From IMG/VR virus record IMGVR_UViG_2508501054_000004: DNA of 64,000 nt. The stretch is one strand, 5' to 3'. Both the position numbers and the translations under genes were made by a program. The DNA comes from an uncultured virus (IMG/VR IMGVR_UViG_2508501054_000004) (taxonomy: Duplodnaviria > Heunggongvirae > Uroviricota > Caudoviricetes). The notes below the pieces were generated by a model. The model did no database searches, was not told where the DNA came from, and was given only the letters and a program-made list of their open reading frames with translations. Within the stretch, counting starts at the first letter, position 1, and each line of letters begins with the position of its first letter. Of this stretch, positions 45,305 through 54,273 are shown piece by piece.

Positions 45305-47953
45305 TCAGACCTGCGGGGCGTCTATCGCCTCGTCAAGCTTGATGATGGTATCTAGCATGCGCCGAACGATAACTGCATCGAACTCTTCCGCACGGTCCCC
45401 TTCATGGGTTCCTTTGTTCAGGCAGTTCCACTCGACTTTGTGCTTATCGCGGTATCCAAGTATCTCGCCCAGGTGCGGCACGGCCTCTTGGAAAACGGCC
45501 ACGTCTTTCCCGGCGAGGAACTTGTGGAGCCCCGTCGCCAAGCTCATGAGGTCAGGGTCGCCCGGCCCCCTCATCCCAACACTGATCTGTGCCTGCAGAT
45601 TCTTACTTGCAATCTTCTTCCAAAGACGGTTGAGCTCTTCTTCGAACGCTTTCCGAATGTAACTCAGGGAGTCGCGAATACGACCATCCTCGTAGCTGCG
45701 GGTCGCTACCGTTAGGTAGTGGCGGGGCGAGTCGAGCTTCACGGTGATCTTCTTTGCTGCGAACGGTGCGAGAAAGTCGATCCGGGTCACCGTTTCCTTA
45801 TATTTTTTCATCGGCACGGCGTTCTCAAGGCGCTTTACGAAATCCTCACCGTGGGTCGTGACGATGAGTTGCCTCTTGCCGACTTCTTCTGGATTTAAGA
45901 TAAGGTCGATGATCGCGCTACGGTGCTCATCGTCGATCGAGTTTACGACATCGTCGAATATCAGGAACGGGAGGCGGTCTCTGGTGATCTTTGCCAACAG
46001 GATTGCGAGCCCAAGGCACCGTATGTGACCTTCGCTCAGTACCTGGAGCGCGTCGCACTTGTCCCCGTTCTCGAACTCAATCTCTATCCTGGCCCCTGCG
46101 GCCGTCGGCAACTTCAGTGAGTTGAGCCTGTCGGAGGGATGATCATTCTTGTTGATCTCGTTGTAAAACTTGAGGGTCTTCTCGTTGAGATCCGCAGCCA
46201 AGGCCAAGGGAAGTCCGGTGTTATAGGCCAGGAGTTTTAGGCGGAACGAGTTGTAGGCCATACTGTAGCTCCAGCTTCTCTCTACCCCTGGTTTCTCGGC
46301 TTCCGCCTCCCTGATGAGATCTTCGTTCTCTTGGTTGAACTTCTCGATAGCCTGTGTCGCCTCCTTCTCGCTTTTCGCGTTCGCAGTAACGAGGGTCGAG
46401 ATGGCCACAACTTCCTCGAGGTCCCTGGTGATCGCCAGGTTATCGTCCTCTAGGTTCTTGATCGCGGCTTTGGATTGTTCGACCTTTGCGTTATGGGTGG
46501 CGGTCGCATCCTTCAGCTCCTGTAGGAGCCCGCGCAATTCCGGCACTGCTCGGAGAAAGGTCTCGATGCCCACCGGGTCCTTAGCGTCGGACGCCTCAGT
46601 GCTGAACGAGCCAACCTCGGGCGCTCTGGCGAATCCGACAGCCGTGGCGGACGCCGGAAGCTTGGCGATTGTTGAAATCAAGTCCCGCCAGCCGAGGTCG
46701 AGTGCCTCCCGGATTTCCTTGATCCGTTCTTCGGCGCTCAGGGCGGCGTCGAAGTGCTTCAGCTTTTCCTCCGAATTGCTGTAGGGATCGACCGGAACTA
46801 CGAGTTGTCCGTCTCGGTAGAGTTCGGAGGCGCATGCAGGGCACTCGTTCTCAAACTTTTCGCGGTTTCCCTGGATCGCGACGTAAAGGTCCCGAAGAGA
46901 AAGTTGGTCCTTGTATTGGTTGAGGAACGCTTCCGATTCCGCCTTCTCTTTGATGAGCGGAAGTAGTTCGTCGACTCTGGCGAGGAGGAAGTCTGTTTCG
47001 GGATCGGTGGCCGTTTTGAGGTTATGCAGGCGGCCGATCTCGGTGTTATTCGCCTTTTGCTTGCCACCATTGCCGTCGGTTCCGGTTAGGTCGGCCTTAA
47101 TTTCCTCGAGGTCCTTGCACTCGGGGTATTTTGATAGCAGGACGGCGCCTCGTATTTCAGCGGCTTTGGCTTTTTCCGGGAGGCCCTCGAGGGTTACCCT
47201 GTGTCCGGCGAGGACCTTCGCCCGTTCCGCGAGATTCCTCCCATTCTTTCCAACTAACTCGGCCAGGTAAGTGTCAAGGCTATCGTTGAACTGCGTTGCG
47301 AACGCGTTGAACTCTTCCAAGCCGAACAGCGCCGCCAACCGCGCCTGCTGGGCTACCGGGGTATTGGCCGCAACTCGTGCGAATCCGTCGATTCGATTCT
47401 TTTCGATGAAGCAGAATTCGAAACTTCGGAGGTCCGCTTTTACTTCGATTCCTTTCTCCTTCGCGGTATCTCCATACAGGACAGGTTTCGCTGACCTCCT
47501 CGATGTGGCGTTCCTGATGTAGTCCGAGACAGGGATCCGCTTCGAATCCGCTTCGTGGATCGAGGCGAGCAATCCGTATTCGAGAGCCTCGCAGAGACTC
47601 GACTTTCCCGTCCCGTTCGGTCCGTAGACGAAGGTGTACGGATTCTTGAATTCGAAAGTGTGCTTATCGGAGAACCCACGAAAGTGCTCGACTTCCACTT
47701 TGGTTAGCCGGACGATCTCGCTTTCTTTGGCGTTCGCTTCATCGACCGCGATTTCGAGTACCGAAGGCGCTGCCTCCCCCTTATCGACGATCAGTTTTGC
47801 CAAGACTTTACCGCGTCGGCCTCCGGCTGATCCGACCGCCGCGATTTCGTCGAAGCCGCCCAATATCAGGTTGACTAGTTTTTTCTCATATTCGGTTAGA
47901 GTCGGGGCCGACTTGACCAAGAAACGTTTGAATTCGACTAGTGATTTGGACAT
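45305..47953 (-). CDS. Rad50/RloC-like ABC ATPase with zinc hook and C-terminal HEPN-like domain
   Basis: GPNGTGKS, CPAC hook in coiled coil, LSEG signature, IFDD, TTH; C-terminal RKAFEE...NKGTH. Confidence 0.75.
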   Translation of the reverse strand: MSKSLVEFKRFLVKSAPTLTEYEKKLVNLILGGFDEIAAVGSAGGRRGKVLAKLIVDKGEAAPSVLEIAVDEANAKESEIVRLTKVEVEHFRGFSDKHTFEFKNPYTFVYGPNGTGKSSLCEALEYGLLASIHEADSKRIPVSDYIRNATSRRSAKPVLYGDTAKEKGIEVKADLRSFEFCFIEKNRIDGFARVAANTPVAQQARLAALFGLEEFNAFATQFNDSLDTYLAELVGKNGRNLAERAKVLAGHRVTLEGLPEKAKAAEIRGAVLLSKYPECKDLEEIKADLTGTDGNGGKQKANNTEIGRLHNLKTATDPETDFLLARVDELLPLIKEKAESEAFLNQYKDQLSLRDLYVAIQGNREKFENECPACASELYRDGQLVVPVDPYSNSEEKLKHFDAALSAEERIKEIREALDLGWRDLISTIAKLPASATAVGFARAPEVGSFSTEASDAKDPVGIETFLRAVPELRGLLQELKDATATHNAKVEQSKAAIKNLEDDNLAITRDLEEVVAISTLVTANAKSEKEATQAIEKFNQENEDLIREAEAEKPGVERSWSYSMAYNSFRLKLLAYNTGLPLALAADLNEKTLKFYNEINKNDHPSDRLNSLKLPTAAGARIEIEFENGDKCDALQVLSEGHIRCLGLAILLAKITRDRLPFLIFDDVVNSIDDEHRSAIIDLILNPEEVGKRQLIVTTHGEDFVKRLENAVPMKKYKETVTRIDFLAPFAAKKITVKLDSPRHYLTVATRSYEDGRIRDSLSYIRKAFEEELNRLWKKIASKNLQAQISVGMRGPGDPDLMSLATGLHKFLAGKDVAVFQEAVPHLGEILGYRDKHKVEWNCLNKGTHEGDRAEEFDAVIVRRMLDTIIKLDEAIDAPQV

Positions 47954-48438
47954 ATGCGCTCGCGTAGGAATTGTTGTCGATTATTTGGTCGGGCGCGGCA
48001 TGTCGGCACGATGCCTCCATTCTATGCAAAAGCATTTTCGGGGAAAGCAGTATTCGATGTTTTGTGGAAGATGGCGAGGCACCAGTCGGCGAATTTTGGC
48101 CTATAGCGGACGCGCAATCCTAGACTGTCGGATGTGCACTTTGAGCCGGGTGCCTCGGACAAAAGCTAGGCTCTTCTTCCTCTCGACCCTACCATTGGAG
48201 CCTAAAATGATGATCGTCCGGGTTGGGGCGTTTTCTGACTGTCGAGATTGAACGAAATCGGCCTGTAGCTGCCCTTAACATAAGGTAGAAAGCGGCCAAA
48301 AAGCGATCAGATGCCAGCATTGCAGATCGCTAAAAAGATAAACGCCAAAGCGCGGGCTTAAACCCCGCCTTTATAGGATAGAGCGATAGAGTAGAACCAG
48401 ACATGGTGCTTATGAATTAAAAATACTCTAGTGTTATT

Positions 48439-49065
48439 TTAATTTCTTTTCGGACGCGACGGGATCGATTTTCCTAGTTCAGCGGCTGATGCTCTCAGGG
48501 AATGCCTGTGTAAGAGATTTTCGACGATGTCCATCACAAGTGTTACGTCAGCCGATTGAAGAACATATCCTCTATGAGCGGCCGCATGGCCAGCATCAAG
48601 AGCAACTTCGAGTATCTCTTGGTCTACAGAGCTCAAATGCCCACAGCGCACAAGTGCTGCAAGCTTTTTGGCAAAGCCGCCAACGTCACCAATAGTAGCG
48701 TTGATGTAAATATCTATGAGCGCCCTAACTCCCATAATGGCCAACCTACGGCTGTCTGTGTGTAGCGCTCTGTATACCTCTTGCAGAAGAGACTGCCAGT
48801 CATCTGGAAGCTTCGACATCCAAGGTGGGCTCTTTCTGGATATCCTAGGTGGAAAGTACTCAGTCTCTGCACTCATATCATAGTCTGAGTGCCAATGCTC
48901 TATTTTGAATAAAATGCTTTGGCATCCACGACACGACCATATCCTGTATATGGTTCCCCACTCTTCCCAGGGATCGCGATCTGTATTTGCCTCGCTGACG
49001 GCGTACTGCCTGACCTCGTCGTGCATTGTCCAGCTCGCGCAACGATTGCAATGGGCACTACTCAT
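48439..49065 (-). CDS. DUF4145-domain (HEPN-like) protein with N-terminal zinc ribbon
   Basis: CNRC...CRGC; EVYRAL...GVRALID...GHAAAH. Confidence 0.8.
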   Translation of the reverse strand: MSSAHCNRCASWTMHDEVRQYAVSEANTDRDPWEEWGTIYRIWSCRGCQSILFKIEHWHSDYDMSAETEYFPPRISRKSPPWMSKLPDDWQSLLQEVYRALHTDSRRLAIMGVRALIDIYINATIGDVGGFAKKLAALVRCGHLSSVDQEILEVALDAGHAAAHRGYVLQSADVTLVMDIVENLLHRHSLRASAAELGKSIPSRPKRN

Positions 49066-49429
49066 TATTTGCTCCCGAGATCATCTCTTCGTCACTGATC
49101 TGTTCAGGGTTCGGTGGTGCTGGGAATACTTGGATTGCGTAGATAGCTAAGTTTTTCGAAATCTCCGCCAAGCGGCTGGCGAAACCCGTGTCCCAGTGCG
49201 TTTAAGTGGCGGTAAATTTTTTCCTCCCCCGTAGCATATCTTGGGGCCATTGCGTCGGCTCCTTTTGCTCCGTTCAACCTCGAAAAACGCCTGATGTTTT
49301 CGATCCGCGCGTTCGTTATGACTGAGCAGAATAGCGCCTCGTGATCGGTACGCGTAAGGATTTGTACGTTGAATTGTACGCATTGCAGAAAAACAAAAGG
49401 CCTGCATCGCTGCAAGCCCTTGTTTTATA

Positions 49430-49474
49430 TGGTGCCGGCACCAGGAGTCGAACCCGGGACCTACTGATTACAAG
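49430..49474 (-). other. att site: 3' fragment of tRNA-Thr(UGU)
   Basis: minus strand CTTGTAATCAGTAGGTCCCGGGTTCGACTCCTGGTGCCGGCACCA (anticodon loop to CCA); 5' half of tRNA absent. Confidence 0.9.
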
Positions 49475-49791
49475 GAAGGTGCTTTTAACCTATAGATCAA
49501 TGACTTGCAGCTTTTTTTATTACGTGCCCATGACGTGGAGGCGATGACCTACGTGAGGTCGTGGCGCGTTATTACGTGGCACGAAGAGCGCTGATGACTA
49601 GGGCTACCAGTCGAGGGGTGGTTGCGTCCCAAGGCGTCTAAATGGCGTATACGGGATTAGGGGGCGTATCAGCTAGGCACGGGGGCAGCTCTCATCGTGC
49701 AATCAGACCAAGCACACTCTAGGCTGGTAAAAGAAGAAGAAACATAGCTAATATTTGCCTTCGAAATTTTGAAAAGCAAGGAGCTGCGATT

Positions 49792-50417
49792 ATGTCTTTT
49801 GATGCTTTTATGAAAGTTGATGGTGTTGAGGGCGAGTCTCTTGACGATGGTCACAGAGGTTGGATCGAGCTGCTTTCTTATCANNNNNNNNNNNNNNNNN
49901 NNNNNNNNNNNNNNNNNNNNNNNNNNNNNNNNNNNNNNNNNNNNNNNNNNNNNNNNNNNNNNNNNNNNNNNNNNNNNNNNNNNNNNNNNNNNNNNNNNNN
50001 NNNNNNNNNNNNNNNNNNNNNNNNNNNNNNNNNNNNNNNNNNNNNNNNNNNNNNNNNNNNNNNNNNNNNNNNNNNNNNNNNNNNNNNNNNNNNNNNNNNN
50101 NNNNNNNNNNNNNNNNNNNNNNNNNNNNNNNNNNNNNNNNNNNNNNNTGCAAGGGCTCCCACATCAAAAATGTGACCATCCGAATCCATCGAGCGGGAAC
50201 TGAAAAATTCAAGTACCTGGATATAGTGCTTGAAGAGGTGCTGATTGCGTTGGTGAGTGGGCAAGGTGCAGAACAATCTGGCTTTCCTGTCGAAGTTGTA
50301 ACTTTAAATTACGGTCGAATAAAGTTTGAGTACTCACAACAGCGACGTGCTGATGGTGGGAGTGCGGGTATCGTTTCCGGTGGCTGGGACAGGACCGCTA
50401 ACAAGCCATTTGCGTAA
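49792..50417 (+). CDS. hcp: Hcp1-family T6SS tube protein (middle in gap)
   Basis: MSFDAFMKVDGVEGESLDDGHRGWIE ... EVVTLNYGRIKFEYSQQ...GWDRTANK. Confidence 0.9.
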
Positions 50418-50429
50418 GGAAACGTATTT

Positions 50430-51275
50430 ATGTCTGATGATGGAAGCTTTCGCGTCATCCTCAATTTTGCCCAAATGGCGGCGATACTCGCTCATGAGTC
50501 CCTTACGCCTGCTGAAATTATGTCTAACCGTATATTTGGCAGTCTTCGACTCGTCGGCGGCATCATTGAACTTGCCGGTTCGGGCGTCTTGTGTGCATTA
50601 CCTGAGCCTACGATGATTTCAAAAGTCGGCTGTGTGGCAATGGGAGTTCATGCTTCTGACCAGCTGTCAGCCGCATCAACGCAGATTGTAACAGGAAAAC
50701 AAACCGATTCTTATGCATTCAAAGCCGGGATGACTGCGGCAGAGGCATTGGGGGCTTCTCGAGAAACTGGTCAGGTTATTGGGCTAGCTACTGAGTTTGT
50801 GGTTCCCCTGACTACTGCTTCCATGTACAACGCATTTCGAGTTTCCTCGATACGCGCTGGCAGAATGACGATTGAAGTTAGTGAAAAACCCAAAAACTTG
50901 CCCAGAAAAGATCCAGGTGGTCATACACGGCGGGATCATTTTCAAAAAGATATTTCCGGATTACAGCAACGCTTTAAGAAGGTAAGGTCGGCGACTGTAA
51001 TGTCTACATTTGAAAAGATGGATATTGCAGAATGGGCAGTAAGCCAAACATTAAAAGCAAATCGTCTCAGAATTCTAATGTATTCCAAAACTCAATTTAT
51101 TCGTAAGAGCAATCGACTAGTCTTGGACTTTGATGCTAAGCAGGAGGTGGGTTGGGGCATATACCGTTCAGCGCCAGATATCCCAGTAGCCATGACAAAG
51201 GTGAGGGTGATTATAGAGTTTGTAGAATTTAATCACATGCCCAGGTACATCCTTACTGCCTTCCCGATTCCTTGA
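50430..51275 (+). CDS. putative T6SS effector with hydrophobic N-terminus and CdiA-CT RNase A-like toxin domain
   Basis: GGHTRRDH...MSTF...YILTAFP pattern; follows hcp. Confidence 0.7.
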   Translation: MSDDGSFRVILNFAQMAAILAHESLTPAEIMSNRIFGSLRLVGGIIELAGSGVLCALPEPTMISKVGCVAMGVHASDQLSAASTQIVTGKQTDSYAFKAGMTAAEALGASRETGQVIGLATEFVVPLTTASMYNAFRVSSIRAGRMTIEVSEKPKNLPRKDPGGHTRRDHFQKDISGLQQRFKKVRSATVMSTFEKMDIAEWAVSQTLKANRLRILMYSKTQFIRKSNRLVLDFDAKQEVGWGIYRSAPDIPVAMTKVRVIIEFVEFNHMPRYILTAFPIP

Positions 51276-51285
51276 GGTTTTTGTA

Positions 51286-51657
51286 ATGCGCGGATATATG
51301 GAATTGATAAGCTTTATGAAAGAATTGAGTGATGGAATACTCGATCATCTACCTGAAGAGCAAAGGGTAGGGCAGCTTACCGTTGAAGAGGTAATCGAGA
51401 AATGGATGTCAAGTAAGTCTTACTGCTCCAGCCTCTCGCTGAGAAAAGATATAGAGACATATATAAGTCTTCAAAAATCTGGCGATTTTTCAGTTGACGA
51501 GATACTGTCGTGGTATGACCTTTGTTTCATTCCTGAAAGGTTTGGAGTTGATGAGCATGTTTTTTTTAGTGATGTGCTAAAATCAATAAATTTTCATATA
51601 GAAGAGAAGAGGAAGTTTTTTTTTATTAAATACTTTGGCTGGTTAGGGTTTAAGTGA
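51286..51657 (+). CDS. putative cognate immunity protein
   Basis: acidic AT-rich 123-aa ORF 10 bp after toxin. Confidence 0.65.
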   Translation: MRGYMELISFMKELSDGILDHLPEEQRVGQLTVEEVIEKWMSSKSYCSSLSLRKDIETYISLQKSGDFSVDEILSWYDLCFIPERFGVDEHVFFSDVLKSINFHIEEKRKFFFIKYFGWLGFK

Positions 51658-51751
51658 TTATATCTAAATTCCTACAGATAAGATCTTGATGAGGTCAATG
51701 CTGCGCGCTTGATTCAGCTTGACAGCAGTGTGGCGATTTGCCAGGCTGAAT

Positions 51752-51796
51752 TATTATGGAGTGTTGGATGTGGTAGGTTCTAGGGATAATAAATAA
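51752..51796 (+). pseudogene. 3' remnant of a DUF2778/Tlde1-like effector
   Basis: encodes YYGVLDVVGSRDNK*, versus YFGVLDVIDPRNKK* at end of 20134-20667; same TAATG junction. Confidence 0.75.
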
Positions 51797-52077
51797 TGCG
51801 CATCATTAAAGTTATCTTGTCAGTATTCGTTGTTATCTTGTTGACCATATTTTTAGCTCGTTTCATGATTGATAGCGGGCTGGCTCAAGCCGGGCTTGAT
51901 ACCCCCGTGGGTAATTCTATATACATCCTGATGAAAAATCTTTTTGGCGTAGCTGGAGGCGAGAGTGGAGAAGGGATTGTAATTGATATGGTAATAACTG
52001 CATCTTTCATTTTTGTTGTCCTGGCGTGTTGGTTGCTTTCAAAACTAAAGGCAGAAATCTCTCGGATGAAAACTTAG
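51796..52077 (+). CDS. orphan membrane immunity protein, homologue of 20667-20957
   Basis: SGLAQAGLDTPVGNSIY vs SGLVRTGLETPVGNAIY; WLLSKL vs WLLAKL. Confidence 0.75.
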   Translation: MRIIKVILSVFVVILLTIFLARFMIDSGLAQAGLDTPVGNSIYILMKNLFGVAGGESGEGIVIDMVITASFIFVVLACWLLSKLKAEISRMKT

Positions 52078-52137
52078 CTGACGTCCATAAGTGCTGTGGC
52101 GGACAATTGATTAGTTTTCCTGAGTTTGTTCTTTAAT

Positions 52138-52162
52138 AAGCCGCTAACTAGCGGCTTTTTTA
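52138..52162 (+). terminator. intrinsic terminator closing hcp cassette
   Basis: AAGCCGCTA-AC-TAGCGGCTT followed by a T tract. Confidence 0.75.
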
Positions 52163-52194
52163 TACCCAGCACATAGGTTGTCCCACGAGGGCTC

Positions 52195-53343
52195 TCATGT
52201 CCGAGAGGGGTTCACCAGAGGAACGCTTAGATCGTAGACATCCATCATCGCCCCGTCCCGGTGACCGCTAGCTTCCTGTTTGTCCGCCCTATTGCCAACC
52301 GTGTCGGTGATACCCCGCCGCTTGAGGTCATGCAGGCCAAAGCGTTGTTCGGCTATGATGGTGCCGTCCTCAATGGCCGAGGTGATGAATCGTTGCCAGG
52401 CCGTATCCAGACTGGATTTACGTAAAGCACCACCGTGGCTGGCCACGATGATGTAGCGTCGATCAGGACGGATCGGAACGACCGTTGATTTGCATGCCCA
52501 CACCTTGGCCCGGTAGGCCTTCGCTCCCTCCCAGGCGGCGCGCAGACGTGGCGTCCAGCGGACAATGTTGTCCCGGCTGCCCTTGCGCCGGTTGGTCATA
52601 ATCCCTTCAGCCAGTTCATGGGCATCTGTCAGCGTGATGGTCTCAATGCCCCGCAAGCGGCACAGGTAACCGATCTCCATCACGTAGCTCAGGTATTCCG
52701 GACAGCCGCCTTTTTCGTTCCTGGCCAGGCGGCCAAATGCCAAGGCGCGGTCGACCAACGTTTCCATGACCTGGTGCTCCGGTAAACGTCGGCGTTTGCG
52801 CTCAACAGGCGCTTCAATGCCTTGCGCCGGATTGCTGTCGAGATAGCCCCGGTTGCGCCCCCATTGCAGTACCCGGCGCAGGTAGCGCAGGACATGCGCC
52901 GCTTTGGACGGCGTGCCTTCGTCGGCCAGGCGATCGACAATCCGCTGGATCAATGCTGCCGTGAATTTCTTCACCAGCAGATCCCCCAACGGCTTGCCAA
53001 GCCTGGTAGGGATCCCCAGCAGGACGTCCCGCGAATAGCAGTAGTCGCTGTGAGTCTTGAGGCTGAGTTTCTTGTAACGATCGCTCAGGTGAAACTGCGC
53101 GCAGACGTAACGCAATGTACCTTTATCGACGCCCGAGGTTTGCTCCATTATCTGGTGCAACTCGGCCAGGCTCACGTCAGCAGGTGCCACATTGCGCCGG
53201 CGCTGTTTGCCGGTCTCGTCGTAATGCAGCGTGTACCAGACGCCGGCGTTGCGATGATCAAAATAGATGGCCGCTGGAAGAGCGGCCTGGTCGATATACG
53301 GGGGGATGTGCGGATTGTGCTTCCGCCTACGCGCTTTCCTCAT
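52195..53343 (-). CDS. int: tyrosine recombinase / phage integrase
   Basis: CRLRGIE, HDLKRRG, SGH...DVY; start MRKARR at 53343. Confidence 0.92.
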   Translation of the reverse strand: MRKARRRKHNPHIPPYIDQAALPAAIYFDHRNAGVWYTLHYDETGKQRRRNVAPADVSLAELHQIMEQTSGVDKGTLRYVCAQFHLSDRYKKLSLKTHSDYCYSRDVLLGIPTRLGKPLGDLLVKKFTAALIQRIVDRLADEGTPSKAAHVLRYLRRVLQWGRNRGYLDSNPAQGIEAPVERKRRRLPEHQVMETLVDRALAFGRLARNEKGGCPEYLSYVMEIGYLCRLRGIETITLTDAHELAEGIMTNRRKGSRDNIVRWTPRLRAAWEGAKAYRAKVWACKSTVVPIRPDRRYIIVASHGGALRKSSLDTAWQRFITSAIEDGTIIAEQRFGLHDLKRRGITDTVGNRADKQEASGHRDGAMMDVYDLSVPLVNPSRT

Positions 53344-53552
53344 AGAATATCGGTGCCATAACTCTCTGAGGTTACAGGCTCTATGCCCGCAGCATGGTGG
53401 ATGAGGTCCAACGTCGTCCACGGACCAGTGCGCCCCCGGAACATGCGGATCCCCTGAGTGATCAGCGAGCGTTCGACGTCGGAGCGGCGTTGGTAGCCGG
53501 TGATGCGCTGCAGGTCCTCAAAAGTGAGAACGTTGCTTGTTTGGGAGTTCAT
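53340..53552 (-). CDS. DUF4224-like putative excisionase
   Basis: DLQRITGYQRRSDVERSL; coupled to integrase. Confidence 0.75.
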   Translation of the reverse strand: MNSQTSNVLTFEDLQRITGYQRRSDVERSLITQGIRMFRGRTGPWTTLDLIHHAAGIEPVTSESYGTDIL

Positions 53553-53628
53553 GATTGCTCTCTATCTCAAGCAGCAATCAGGGCAGTGTAACGTCCCGCC
53601 CTGATGCTCAAAGCCAGAACCTGACGGC

Positions 53629-53865
53629 TCAATTACTGGGGGAGGGGATGTCGAGAATGCTGGCCAGAACGCGCATGTCGTTGGCGCTCAGATCACCTTG
53701 GGTCGTGGCCTGTGTGGCCAGGCTTTCAAGTCGCCCGCGAGCGTGCGGAGTCTTGTGCACCTGATAACTGATCAATGCTGCGCCGATCAGGGCGATAGTC
53801 AGCAGGTTTTGGGATGGTGTGCTAGCCTTTGGATCGCTGCTGCTTGGGTGTTCCGTCTTCATCAC
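53629..53865 (-). CDS. hypothetical phage protein
   Basis: 78-aa ORF with AGGAG RBS and upstream hairpin. Confidence 0.6.
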   Translation of the reverse strand: MMKTEHPSSSDPKASTPSQNLLTIALIGAALISYQVHKTPHARGRLESLATQATTQGDLSANDMRVLASILDIPSPSN

Positions 53866-53946
53866 CGTACTCCTAGTAGTGGTTGGTACTGGGGAGCTGC
53901 AACTCCTCAGTACCGTTCTTTTGCCGACATCGTTGGCGTCAGTTTC

Positions 53947-54249
53947 TTATGGCTGCAGTCCTGCCCTGCGCACCAGGTGAATCACCAAGTCTTCCAGATC
54001 GACCAGATCTTCCGTCTCTGATTGCCATTCCAGCACCGCCTGGATCTGACCCCGGCTGCATTCCAGGACTAAAAGCTCCTGCTTTGTGGCGCTCCGAACT
54101 TCCAGAATCTCTACCAAGCCAGCAGCGCTGTATGCCTCGGCATGTACCAGTTGGTTTGCTTCCCCGATCCAGTCGTGCAGTTCCTTCAAATGTTTGAGCT
54201 GCTTCGTAGCACCTTGCCCACCTTCGCCCGTGATGACTTGAATGTGCAT
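53947..54249 (-). CDS. hypothetical phage protein
   Basis: 100-aa ORF with GAGGAGG RBS; P-loop-like start. Confidence 0.65.
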   Translation of the reverse strand: MHIQVITGEGGQGATKQLKHLKELHDWIGEANQLVHAEAYSAAGLVEILEVRSATKQELLVLECSRGQIQAVLEWQSETEDLVDLEDLVIHLVRRAGLQP

Positions 54250-54273
54250 ATGTGTTCCTCCTCGTGGTAGCGA

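Larger units (their letters stand above)
5488..49430. mobile_element. prophage A: lambda-like head and cos with P2/pyocin-like contractile tail, integrated at tRNA-Thr
   Basis: integrase through lysis modules in order; right end at tRNA 3' fragment; TGTACGC arm-type repeats at both ends; left att probably hidden in gap 4762-5487. Confidence 0.85.

Noticed and set aside
49430..49505. intact tRNA-Thr gene
   Set aside because: Similarity stops at the anticodon loop; the D-arm and 5' acceptor strand are absent, so it is an att duplicate
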